Origin: a virus
Lineage: Duplodnaviria > Caudoviricetes
Strand: one strand, 5' to 3'
IMG/VR virus record: IMGVR_UViG_3300046779_001841
Coordinates: 224,001-288,000 of that record
Length of the DNA stretch: 64,000 nucleotides
The translations under genes and the position numbers were made by a program. This document shows, in pieces, positions 1 through 8,847 of the stretch. Positions within the stretch are counted from its first letter, which is position 1. Each line of letters opens with the position of its first letter. Below the pieces are notes generated by a model that saw nothing but the letters and a program-made list of their open reading frames with translations, was not told the DNA's origin and did no database searches.

Positions 1-2322
1 AGTGCAGAACAACTTAAAGTTCAAAATGTAGAACCTATCGAACTTATCAATAATAGTGATACTACAAGTGGATTAGGTCAACAACAAACAGTCGCAAATC
101 AAAAAGTAACATTAAAACAATTAATCGAACTTGTTAAGTCATATAGATCTTCTAACACCACTGCTTTTGGTCAAGGTAGTAAAGCAAATATTCTTGCCAA
201 TCTTGCTACACGAAAATCTACTTTTGGTGGTGCGATTGCTGGTCATTATAGATATTATAGTTGCTCTCATCCAGATGTTCAAATGCAAGGTGCTATTGAA
301 ATTTCAGTAAAGAAAGGCAAGATTGATTTTAAACAACCACCTTTAATAGAACCTAAACCTAATCTCAAAAATGTGAATGTTGTTTTACCAGATCCTACTA
401 CTGCTAATGATGGTAATCTTATTGAATTTGTAGACGATCCAAATTTTGTTAAAACAGGTATTCGCATTTTTAAGAATATTGGCGAACCACAAGAAATTGT
501 ACCTACAAGTGAAATCAAAGGTCTTGCTTTTCAAAAAGTCGATTTGGAATATCCTACTACTGTTATTACAGATCAAACACAAGGCACTCCTATGGGAAAA
601 ATGCTTGGCATTTCTTATTCTCAAATTGCCAAAATTGTTCGTGATCAATTATTCAGTAATGGCAGACCTTTACTTAGACAAAATAAGATTAGTGTTAATG
701 ATCCACAAATCAATAAAAAAATCACTGAAGCATTATTTGATCCAACCAAAATAGATGATGTCAGTGAAGATATTTTAAAAGCATATGCAGATGGTTCTTT
801 ATGTGATGGTGATGGTTCTTCTCTTGTAGGTGATTACATAGAAGTTAATGGTGAAGGTATTCAAAGAATAATGTCTGTTGCGATAAGAGAATGGTCAAGA
901 AATATTTATGATGCACCTGTTGCAAATGAGAATGGACTTAGTAAAGAACAAGCTAGAAATCATCCAGCTAATATACAATGGAGTACAACACCAAGTAAAC
1001 AGTATATAGATATATATACAGGACAAGATTATCGTTTTGATTGTCAAGTCGCATGGTGTGGCTTATTTGCACAATATTGTATTAAAGAAAGTGGTGCAGT
1101 TAAACCAAGTGTTTATAGTGGTGGTTTTCTTGGTGGTTGTAGTGGTATCTATTCTAAATGGGGCAACACACCTAGATTTTTTAATTTCTATCAAAACAAA
1201 AACACTGAAATCAAAGTGGGTGATATTGTCATCTTTAATGGTATTGATAGTAACACTGGACTACCTACTCAAAATTCAAGTGATTATGGCAAACATATCG
1301 CTTTATGTGCAGAAGTACATAAAGATTTTATTATCTGTATAGATGGTAATTCTCTTGGTGAACATCCTGATGGTAAAAAAGGTTCTGGTGTTGTTAAAAC
1401 TAAAAGAAGTAAAGATATTATATGGTATCTTTATCGTTTCCTACCTGAAGATTTTATTCCACTAACACAAACAAATCAATCTAATCCAAATGATAGTGTA
1501 TATAAGATTAAACTTAACAATGTTGTTACCAATCTTATGACTAAACTTGAATCAAAACATACTGTTCTTGCAGATCTTAAAAAAGCTAAAGAAAATACAC
1601 AAGCCATTCAAAAGATTTTTAATGATCAAGGTGTAAATATAGAGAAACTACAAACAGATTTAAAAATTCTTTTAGATCGCATTGGTGGTTTCAAACTTAC
1701 ACCAAGCAATAGTTTTACTGCAGGTGAAGGTCAATATAATAATGATCCTACTGTTATGCCAGTATTTCCTGTTTCTGATGAAAATGGTTATGAAGTGTTT
1801 GGTAGTTATCCTTATGGTCGTGGTCTTACTTTAAGAAAAGGTGGTACTTTTGAAAAACTTTTAAAGAAAGATAAAACATCATCTGTATCTTTAGAAGATA
1901 CAAAAGAAGATATAGCTGGTAGTGAATTGGCAAATATCACTATTCAAGAAAGCAATAACACAATAAAAAATGCAGTCAGTTCGGATGTCAATCTCAATAA
2001 AGAAATGGCATCAAATATAATTGATAGTGGTCTTGCTAATCAGCCAGTCAATCAAACTGCAGTGGATCAAGGTCTTATTATTGAAACAGTGCCAAAGCGA
2101 CTACAAGATATTATTCCAAACTATGATAAAAAAGGTGCAGTTTGTGATTGCAGATCTTATGATAGAGATTTACAACTTTTAGGTATCAGTTTAGATGGTG
2201 CATATAATTATGTAAATGTTGGTCAAGAACAACTTGTAAAGAAAATGGCAAATGATAATTTCTCTAAAGCAGAAGTTTGGATTTCTAACCAAAAACAATT
2301 AATAGGCGGTGAAAAGAAATGA
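1..2322 (+). CDS. Baseplate hub-like virion protein with CHAP/NlpC-like amidase domain (5' partial)
   Basis: Frame 1 is open from base 1, so the ORF extends upstream of 283; AWCGLFAQYC...VGDIVIF...KHIAL...IDGNS fits a Cys/His amidase; overlaps the spike gene start. Confidence 0.6.
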   Translation, partial: SAEQLKVQNVEPIELINNSDTTSGLGQQQTVANQKVTLKQLIELVKSYRSSNTTAFGQGSKANILANLATRKSTFGGAIAGHYRYYSCSHPDVQMQGAIEISVKKGKIDFKQPPLIEPKPNLKNVNVVLPDPTTANDGNLIEFVDDPNFVKTGIRIFKNIGEPQEIVPTSEIKGLAFQKVDLEYPTTVITDQTQGTPMGKMLGISYSQIAKIVRDQLFSNGRPLLRQNKISVNDPQINKKITEALFDPTKIDDVSEDILKAYADGSLCDGDGSSLVGDYIEVNGEGIQRIMSVAIREWSRNIYDAPVANENGLSKEQARNHPANIQWSTTPSKQYIDIYTGQDYRFDCQVAWCGLFAQYCIKESGAVKPSVYSGGFLGGCSGIYSKWGNTPRFFNFYQNKNTEIKVGDIVIFNGIDSNTGLPTQNSSDYGKHIALCAEVHKDFIICIDGNSLGEHPDGKKGSGVVKTKRSKDIIWYLYRFLPEDFIPLTQTNQSNPNDSVYKIKLNNVVTNLMTKLESKHTVLADLKKAKENTQAIQKIFNDQGVNIEKLQTDLKILLDRIGGFKLTPSNSFTAGEGQYNNDPTVMPVFPVSDENGYEVFGSYPYGRGLTLRKGGTFEKLLKKDKTSSVSLEDTKEDIAGSELANITIQESNNTIKNAVSSDVNLNKEMASNIIDSGLANQPVNQTAVDQGLIIETVPKRLQDIIPNYDKKGAVCDCRSYDRDLQLLGISLDGAYNYVNVGQEQLVKKMANDNFSKAEVWISNQKQLIGGEKK

Positions 2323-4541
2323 GTAATACTGCACTCACTAATAACCTAAGAAATGAACTATCACCTAAATCATCTTCTCAAGGATGGACTAAACTTTCTA
2401 TTTCACTCGCAAGTATCATTAAAGTTTATGCTGAAGAACTTAGATGTGATATTAAAGTTGTTCAAGGTGAAAAAGATGAACCTATCTATTCTGGTGTTGA
2501 AATCATTTTACCAGCATTTGGTGCTAGACATTTTCTTGGTGCTATTCCAGATGTTAATGATCTTTGTATCGTTGGCTGGATGGTCGTTGATCAAGATGGT
2601 AAAAGAAAACCTGCTATCTTAGGTTGGTTTCCTAAAACTCCTTTTCTTGGTCATGACTGGTTGCCTACTCAATCTACTACTACCGAAGAAGGTATGCTTA
2701 ATACACCAAAAGATAGACTTGAACTTAAAGGTATCTCTCATCGTATCAGAAATAAATTAAGACACTTTCAAGCTGGTAATATTGGTGCTTCTTCTTCTCA
2801 AGGTGCTGATCTTGTTTTAGATGAAAGTGTTTTATTATCTAACAGAAGAGCAAATGAAATTCGTTTAAGAGATCAAGATCAAGCACTGGTTGTTAGATCG
2901 CAACAACAATTTCACACAATGAGTGGTGCTAGAATTTATGGTGGTATTGTTCAAAGAGATGCTAGAACTTTACCTAAAGAACTTATTTCCGATGGTAGTG
3001 ATTGGGCTGATCCTTATCAATTAGATGTAGATGGTAAACCTAAACGAAATTTTAAAAACGATAATGTTTCTCAAGATAACTACAAACCACATAATCTTTT
3101 TAGAAAAGAAAGTCTTAAAGAAAAGAGCAACTTTGAAAAAGATGGTGGCTTTATCACTTTAGATCCTTATAAATTCGTTTATAATGCAAATCTTGTTAAT
3201 GAGTTTTTTGAAAATGAAAGCGAAACAAGAAGTCTTGTTTATGGTGGTAAAGCTATTCTTAGACTTAATACAGAAGGCAAACCATCTTTTAACACAAACA
3301 TGGCAACTGAATATCGTATTGAACTTAATCATCTCACTGATGGTACTTTACCTGTTAGCGAACAAACAGATGGTTTTGATGTTGATCGTTTATCCGAAGT
3401 AAAAGAAAGCAAAGACAAACTACCTTTTGTCGAATTTGTTTTAGGTTCTGTTGTTGGCAATGAAGCATTTACTCTCACTGGTAAAGATTTATATGGCAAA
3501 CCATTATCACCTAAAATTGAATTTGGTGCAGGTTCTTCTCTTGTAGATGCTTCGGTTTTAGATTTAGAAGAACATTCTGCAACACTTATAAAAGTCCAAC
3601 CTGTTGTTGGCGATGACCCAGCATCTTTTATTTCTTTTACCAAAGGTGGTGCTTTAAGAGCATTTATTGGAAATTCCACTACTGAATATGGTGTTAAAGC
3701 CAAAGTAAATAGTGGTGTTGGTCTTTCTGCACAAAAAGTTAATGTACAAACAACATCTAATTTAGATATGGTTGTAGGTGGTCAAGCCAATATCAATGCA
3801 AATAACAATATAAGTGTTTCATCCAATAAGACTATCAATATCAATGCAGTCAATACGATCAATCTTAATTCAAGTGAAAGAATAAATCTATCAGCACCTG
3901 TAGTGTCTTTAGCAGATGCAGGACAAGTAGTTCTTAAATCTCAAAGTGCTTTAAATTTTAATAGTAGTGAAACGATCAATTTATCATCTAAAGGTAAAAA
4001 TGAAACTATCATGGGTGGTTCAAACACTACTATTAGTGGTCCCAAAGATTTTAATATGTTATCGGGTCCACCAAGATCGACTAAAATCTTGGCATCACCA
4101 GCAACAGGTCAAGTCGCTGGGATTGTAGATGAAAAAATAGTAGCTTATGGTGATGAACTAAATACCTATTTAACAACAAGCAATATCACTGATCTTATTA
4201 CATCTGGAACAAAAAACATTGTGATTGGTGCGGGTGCTTTAAATATGACTGTTGGTACAAATGCTATCAATCTTACACCAGCGACTGCAATTATTAATGC
4301 TACTACTGGTGTTGCATCTGTAAATGCTTTAAGTGGTATTGCGAGTATGGTAGGTATAGGTGGTGCTGTTGTTAGTAGTGAAGCAGTTACTACTATTCGT
4401 GGTGGTGGTGCTTTAATTTTAGCAAGTAAAGGCACGAGTGTTGGTTTTATTATGTGTGGTTCAGATAGAGATACTATTACAGGTTTGCCATATACTGCAT
4501 TAGGTTTAATTCCAAGAGGACAAGTTTTAAGTGTTGGTTAA
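2319..4541 (+). CDS. Baseplate central spike (Gp5/VgrG-like)
   Basis: N-terminal OB-fold-like segment (IIKVYAEELRCDIK...GAIPDVNDLCIVGW) and C-terminal beta-helix-type repeats (NINANNNISVSSNKTININA). Confidence 0.7.
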   Translation: MSNTALTNNLRNELSPKSSSQGWTKLSISLASIIKVYAEELRCDIKVVQGEKDEPIYSGVEIILPAFGARHFLGAIPDVNDLCIVGWMVVDQDGKRKPAILGWFPKTPFLGHDWLPTQSTTTEEGMLNTPKDRLELKGISHRIRNKLRHFQAGNIGASSSQGADLVLDESVLLSNRRANEIRLRDQDQALVVRSQQQFHTMSGARIYGGIVQRDARTLPKELISDGSDWADPYQLDVDGKPKRNFKNDNVSQDNYKPHNLFRKESLKEKSNFEKDGGFITLDPYKFVYNANLVNEFFENESETRSLVYGGKAILRLNTEGKPSFNTNMATEYRIELNHLTDGTLPVSEQTDGFDVDRLSEVKESKDKLPFVEFVLGSVVGNEAFTLTGKDLYGKPLSPKIEFGAGSSLVDASVLDLEEHSATLIKVQPVVGDDPASFISFTKGGALRAFIGNSTTEYGVKAKVNSGVGLSAQKVNVQTTSNLDMVVGGQANINANNNISVSSNKTININAVNTINLNSSERINLSAPVVSLADAGQVVLKSQSALNFNSSETINLSSKGKNETIMGGSNTTISGPKDFNMLSGPPRSTKILASPATGQVAGIVDEKIVAYGDELNTYLTTSNITDLITSGTKNIVIGAGALNMTVGTNAINLTPATAIINATTGVASVNALSGIASMVGIGGAVVSSEAVTTIRGGGALILASKGTSVGFIMCGSDRDTITGLPYTALGLIPRGQVLSVG

Positions 4542-4553
4542 TAACCATTTTAT
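4540..4553 (+). promoter_or_regulatory. Putative late-promoter motif AATA-N5-TTTAT (representative copy)
   Basis: Same spacing upstream of several probable late genes (see findings); the motif is AT-rich, so specificity is low. Confidence 0.35.
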
Positions 4554-4585
4554 TCTTTTTTGTTTCTAAGAAACGAGGTCAAAAA

Positions 4586-5617
4586 ATGAATAAATATGCC
4601 ATCCAACAAATCTATCAATTAGCTTTGCATGAACAACATTCTAATACTTTAAGAATGGCTTGTATTAAAGCACTTAAAACATCATCTAAAATTCAAAAAT
4701 TCGGTAGTGATGAAAGTCATGCAAATGCTTTGAATAATCTATCACCATCTGAACAACAAGAAGTGAAAATTGGTATCTTTACACAAATCACAAATAAAAT
4801 TAAATCACTTGTTGAAACAGAAATTGGTCAAGATGTTTTGGAAACGATTACTGATTTAATCAACACTTCTGGTATTTCACATAAGATCAACAAGATCGAA
4901 ACAAAATTGAAAGCACCTAGCAATGAATTTGAAAAGATGATAAGTAATAAAGCGAAATCTTATGCTAAGGCATCAGATGCTTTAGCTTTTATTGCTAGAT
5001 TAACACAAGCTGAGAAACCAGAAGATATTGTTAAAGCCTTAGATGTATCTATGGATGAATTAGAACAAACTATTATGAATGTCACTGGTGAAAGTGTTGG
5101 TGGTTTTATTAAAGAGAAACCTGCTAATTGGTATAGACATTTTTATAAAGCTATTGCAGATATTAAAGAAGTATCTAAACTTTACACAGTAGAGTTGGCT
5201 GTTACTTTATTAGAGATTTCTATTGTTGGTGGTATTGGTATGTTTTTAGCAGGCAATCATGATGTTATGAGTATTTTTGGAAACTTATGGCATGGTGTAA
5301 AAGAAGTAATCACTTTAGTGATTGTGTCTGTAATACTCATGGATGTAAAAGACTCTGCTCAATTTATTAGAAAACAAGATATTTTTATCAAAGCGATACC
5401 TGTTGTTCTTATGAATGATCTTATTCGTGTTTTAAAATGGTCTTGGTCTAAAGTTGTTAGTTTCTTTAGTGATAAAATAGACGATGTTTCTGATTTCTTT
5501 TCTGATTGGTTAGGCAATGATAGTAAGACTGCATCGAACAAAGTATTTTTAGAAACTTTAAAATTAGCTAAACAAAATCCACATTTCCAAAACCAACTTC
5601 TACAAGTCATTTCTTAA
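4586..5617 (+). CDS. Hypothetical membrane-segment protein, paralog of 23998..24984; putative head-internal protein
   Basis: Shared N-terminal (I.QIY.L...N.LRMAC) and C-terminal (KTAS..V..E..KLA) motifs and a hydrophobic centre. Confidence 0.6.
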   Translation: MNKYAIQQIYQLALHEQHSNTLRMACIKALKTSSKIQKFGSDESHANALNNLSPSEQQEVKIGIFTQITNKIKSLVETEIGQDVLETITDLINTSGISHKINKIETKLKAPSNEFEKMISNKAKSYAKASDALAFIARLTQAEKPEDIVKALDVSMDELEQTIMNVTGESVGGFIKEKPANWYRHFYKAIADIKEVSKLYTVELAVTLLEISIVGGIGMFLAGNHDVMSIFGNLWHGVKEVITLVIVSVILMDVKDSAQFIRKQDIFIKAIPVVLMNDLIRVLKWSWSKVVSFFSDKIDDVSDFFSDWLGNDSKTASNKVFLETLKLAKQNPHFQNQLLQVIS

Positions 5618-6182
5618 CAATTTTAGCTTGAACTTTCTTTTTTCTTTGTAGATTTAATTTAGCTTCTCGCTTCATCAAATCATAAGCATGGAACTTTTGC
5701 TTGGCATCTAATTTCATATTGCCTTCTATTGTTGCAAATCCACTATCTTTATCTATTCTTCTGGATGTTAAACCTAACACATTTGGCATAAGTGTCTTGA
5801 TAAGTTTAGGATCTATCATGTTAATAGAAATATCCCAAACCATAGCTAAGATCATAGGCGCACATACTTTTAATGGTTTTCCATCATATTCGCATGGCAT
5901 CTTTTCTTTATATAAAGAAACACCACTTTGTGTTTTTAATTCCATATCAAAGAAATAAACATCTTTAGGTTCTTGATTAAAAAATTCAAAATTGAAATGT
6001 AGATGTAAATTCTTATCACCAAAGATTGGTTTAATTTCTGTAATCGTTTGCCAACCATGTATCACGATTTGCAAATCTCTTGATTCGACTAAACGACTAA
6101 TAAATTCTTGTTCGATTTCTGTTAGTGGAATATATAAAGAATTTTTATTTCCACCACCAAACAAATTAGTGTCTTTACTCAT
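5607..6182 (-). CDS. Hypothetical protein
   Basis: 191-aa ORF with AGGA RBS. Confidence 0.7.
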   Translation of the reverse strand: MSKDTNLFGGGNKNSLYIPLTEIEQEFISRLVESRDLQIVIHGWQTITEIKPIFGDKNLHLHFNFEFFNQEPKDVYFFDMELKTQSGVSLYKEKMPCEYDGKPLKVCAPMILAMVWDISINMIDPKLIKTLMPNVLGLTSRRIDKDSGFATIEGNMKLDAKQKFHAYDLMKREAKLNLQRKKKVQAKIVKK

Positions 6183-6406
6183 TTGTTTAATCCTTCTGGT
6201 CTTTCATCAAAATCACAAGTTTCTGGATTTACATCACATTGGTTATTGCAATCACATTTTGTAGTCGCATCACACCTAAATGGTGAATCTAAATGTTTTT
6301 GTTTTTCATCTTTAGATAATGCACACCAATCTGCTTTAGATCTTACTTCTTTATGTTGCACATGACCAATATTCAGTATCATTAAAAATAAGATTAAGTT
6401 TTTCAT
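6179..6406 (-). CDS. Small secreted Cys-rich protein
   Basis: Signal-peptide-like N-terminus, 6 Cys, RBS AAGGG. Confidence 0.55.
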   Translation of the reverse strand: MKNLILFLMILNIGHVQHKEVRSKADWCALSKDEKQKHLDSPFRCDATTKCDCNNQCDVNPETCDFDERPEGLNK

Positions 6407-6477
6407 AGATATTTACCCTTTCTTTGTATATATATTATACACTACAATATAAATAATTTCTTATTTATATTTTTTAT

Positions 6478-6550
6478 GGACTCGTAGCTCAATGGTTTGA
6501 GCAATGCTCTCATAAAGCAGAGGTTCTGGGTTCAATCCCCAGCGGGTCCA
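6478..6550 (+). tRNA. tRNA with CAT anticodon (Ile2 or elongator Met), CCA not encoded
   Basis: Acceptor GGACTCG/CGGGTCC, D-arm GCTC/GAGC, anticodon loop CTCATAA, T-arm CTGGG-TTCAATC-CCCAG, discriminator A followed by CTT. Confidence 0.9.
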
Positions 6551-6565
6551 CTTTCTTAAAAAAGG

Positions 6566-6763
6566 ATGGTTATTATGGCAATGATGAAAACAGGCACACC
6601 TGCAACACAAGTAAATACTGAAACTATTCGTGGTTATCAAGATGGACTACAAGGCAATTCCAATCCACCAGAAGATAATGTACAACTTCAATTCTATAAT
6701 CAAGGATATGAACTTGGTCAAAAAGTTAAAAATGGTCAAGCACAAGCACCTATTTGGGCTTAG
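6566..6763 (+). CDS. Small hypothetical protein
   Basis: 65-aa ORF with AAGGA RBS; RGYQDG/QGYELG repeats. Confidence 0.6.
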   Translation: MVIMAMMKTGTPATQVNTETIRGYQDGLQGNSNPPEDNVQLQFYNQGYELGQKVKNGQAQAPIWA

Positions 6764-6795
6764 TTCAATAGTTTATTTATATTAATATATTAAAT

Positions 6796-6866
6796 GTAGT
6801 CACCTCCTGCAATTAGGTGTTCCTTGTTCGTGCGCACGAAACGATCCTACAAAAATTCGTGCAATT
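6796..6866 (+). ncRNA. Candidate structured RNA or regulatory element
   Basis: GC-rich intergenic island: GTAG/CTAC, CACCT/AGGTG hairpin, perfect palindrome TTCGTGCGCACGAA, second TTCGTGC at 6856. Confidence 0.3.
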
Positions 6867-6917
6867 ATCTTCTTTTCTTTGTATATCTTATTAAATTCTT
6901 AAAGAAAGGAATGACTT

Positions 6918-7316
6918 ATGAAATATCTTATCTTTTTCTCCTTGTTGCTTAATCATCTTTCTCTCTTTGCTCAAGAAGATAACCAACAATTATTATTGCC
7001 AGAATATCAACTTGTTAAGACTGCAGAAACAATTAAAGAATCTGCTAAAGTAGATCTAAGCACAATGGCAATTTTGCCTTTCTTAAATGATAATGTTAAG
7101 AAACTTGAATCGCTTTTAAAAGAAAAAGACAATCTTTTAAGAGAAAAAGATGCAGAGATATTAAAACTTATTCGTGCAAATACTCAACTTTCTCTTGAGA
7201 AAAAAGAATGTGAAGTAGATTATAAACATTGTAAAAATAGCACTTATCTACAATTAGGTATCACTGCACTTTCTACTGTTTCATCTGTATATGCAGGTGT
7301 TAAATGCACTCAATAA
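6918..7316 (+). CDS. Secreted coiled-coil protein with C-terminal hydrophobic segment
   Basis: Signal peptide MKYLIFFSLLL, coiled coil, terminal hydrophobic helix. Confidence 0.6.
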   Translation: MKYLIFFSLLLNHLSLFAQEDNQQLLLPEYQLVKTAETIKESAKVDLSTMAILPFLNDNVKKLESLLKEKDNLLREKDAEILKLIRANTQLSLEKKECEVDYKHCKNSTYLQLGITALSTVSSVYAGVKCTQ

Positions 7317-7394
7317 ATAAAAAAAGAGTGGATTTATTTTAAAGAATAATATAATCTGTATTGCAGATACAATCATTTACACAAAAGGTTATAA

Positions 7395-8408
7395 ATGTCG
7401 TGGATACTACCAAAAAATTTAATCACATCTCTTTATGCGCAGGATACGGAGGCATTGATCTTGGATTGTCAAGAGTTATCTCAAACTTGCGAACCATTGC
7501 TATTTGTGAGATCGAACTATATCCAATCCAAAACTTGGTTGCAAAAATGGAAAAAGGAATGTTACCTCCAACCCCCATTTGGCCGGATGTTAAAACTTTC
7601 CCATACCAAGACTTTTATGGAAAAGTGGATTTCTTTAGTGGAGGATTCCCATGTCAACCTTTTTCCAGTTCAGGAAAAAGAAAAGCAGATGACGACCCAA
7701 GACATCTCTTCCCTTATTTCAAAATGGGAATCCAGTTATGTAGACCTGCCTTTGTTTTTCTTGAAAATGTCAGAGGAATCATCTCAAGTACCATCAACAA
7801 TGATGGATGGTCAGATCCCAAAGGAACTCCAGTTTTGCTTCATGTCTGCAGGGAATTGGAAAGAATTGGTTATCAAGTTAAGTGGGGATTGTACACTGCG
7901 AGTGAAACAGGCTTGCCACATTCAAGACACCGAGTTTTTATCTTGGGTGCAAGAAATGACATCAAACAAGACCAATTCAAAGAATTTTCAAAATACTTCT
8001 CTTCTACCGAAAACAGTCAAGAATCAAACTTACAAAGAATTGGACAAGATTTTGCAGGTGTCGAAACCATCAAATCTAAGTACATTGCCACACCTAGAGG
8101 AAGAAACAGACAACAAGATAGACTTGAACCAAGAAGAACAAGATTACGAACTTCTAATGGAAGCGAATTGGGTAACACCAACCAAGAGCGATCCAGTGAA
8201 CATAGGCTTCGAGTATGTGATGAGAAGGTATCTGAACAACAGACAATTAATGGTAGCGGAACAGATAGCATTAGACATGAAACATCAATATCAGAGCCAA
8301 GAGAAATTAGATGTGAATCCACGATGGGTAGAAATGTTAATGGGTCTTCCGATTGGCTGGACTATGAAAGACTCTGCAACAGTTTTTCAAATATACAAGA
8401 TGAAATAG
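7395..8408 (+). CDS. Putative beta subunit of a split C5 DNA methyltransferase (overlapping frame)
   Basis: 337 stop-free codons in an alternate frame; ends in VNPRWVEMLMGLPIGWT (motif IX-like); AAAGG RBS upstream of the ATG. Confidence 0.7.
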   Translation: MSWILPKNLITSLYAQDTEALILDCQELSQTCEPLLFVRSNYIQSKTWLQKWKKECYLQPPFGRMLKLSHTKTFMEKWISLVEDSHVNLFPVQEKEKQMTTQDISSLISKWESSYVDLPLFFLKMSEESSQVPSTMMDGQIPKELQFCFMSAGNWKELVIKLSGDCTLRVKQACHIQDTEFLSWVQEMTSNKTNSKNFQNTSLLPKTVKNQTYKELDKILQVSKPSNLSTLPHLEEETDNKIDLNQEEQDYELLMEANWVTPTKSDPVNIGFEYVMRRYLNNRQLMVAEQIALDMKHQYQSQEKLDVNPRWVEMLMGLPIGWTMKDSATVFQIYKMK

Positions 8409-8488
8409 CTTTGCTTGGTAATGGTGTTGTCCCTGCTACTGCTGAAGTTGCTTTTAGAGATTTATTTAAACAACTGCTCGATGAATGA
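7400..8488 (+). CDS. DNA (cytosine-5) methyltransferase, alpha subunit
   Basis: Motifs I (SLCAGYGG), IV (GFPCQPFS), VI (ENVRG), VIII (PHSRHRVFILG), X (LLGNGV); likely GTG start at 7400 rather than TTG 7361. Confidence 0.9.
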   Translation: MDTTKKFNHISLCAGYGGIDLGLSRVISNLRTIAICEIELYPIQNLVAKMEKGMLPPTPIWPDVKTFPYQDFYGKVDFFSGGFPCQPFSSSGKRKADDDPRHLFPYFKMGIQLCRPAFVFLENVRGIISSTINNDGWSDPKGTPVLLHVCRELERIGYQVKWGLYTASETGLPHSRHRVFILGARNDIKQDQFKEFSKYFSSTENSQESNLQRIGQDFAGVETIKSKYIATPRGRNRQQDRLEPRRTRLRTSNGSELGNTNQERSSEHRLRVCDEKVSEQQTINGSGTDSIRHETSISEPREIRCESTMGRNVNGSSDWLDYERLCNSFSNIQDEIALLGNGVVPATAEVAFRDLFKQLLDE

Positions 8489-8549
8489 AACTCAATAATT
8501 TATTTATATATCTTCTATTAATAGATTTTTCTAAAAAAGGGTTTCTAAA

Positions 8550-8829
8550 ATGAGATTTACTAGCTAAATTCTTTGTAGGTTGGTTATTAGAATCTGATTG
8601 CATTATTCAATATAAAAACAATAAAACTACCTTTAAAGATAATGTTTGGAATGGTGGTATCAAATATTACGATTGGACAAGACAAGCTGAACAAAAGTTG
8701 GCTAAAATTCATCAAGAACTTGATGAATTTCAATATGATTTAATCAAGTCTTTTTGTGAAGATATAGGTAAGTATCTTATGAGTATGATTGATGAATTAA
8801 TCAGATTAACAGCACTTTTTCAATCTTAA
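8550..8829 (+). pseudogene. Possible frameshifted hypothetical gene
   Basis: RBS plus ATG at 8550 closes after 5 codons, while the +1 frame reads about 90 open codons (DLLAKFFVGWLLES...) with no start of its own. Confidence 0.35.
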
Positions 8830-8847
8830 AAAGATGAATCTAATGGT

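Noticed and set aside
6796-6866. HDV-like (theta) or hammerhead ribozyme near the tRNA
   Set aside because: CCTCCTGC resembles an HDV L3 loop, but P1/P1.1 could not be built; it is about 245 nt from the tRNA; no CUGANGA core
7361-7399. TTG start for the methyltransferase given by the ORF track
   Set aside because: The RBS (AAAGG ~7384) lies inside this extension; GTG 7400 fits better
8017-8322. Third overlapping antisense ORF in the double-coded region
   Set aside because: No RBS or motif; likely a by-product of codon constraints
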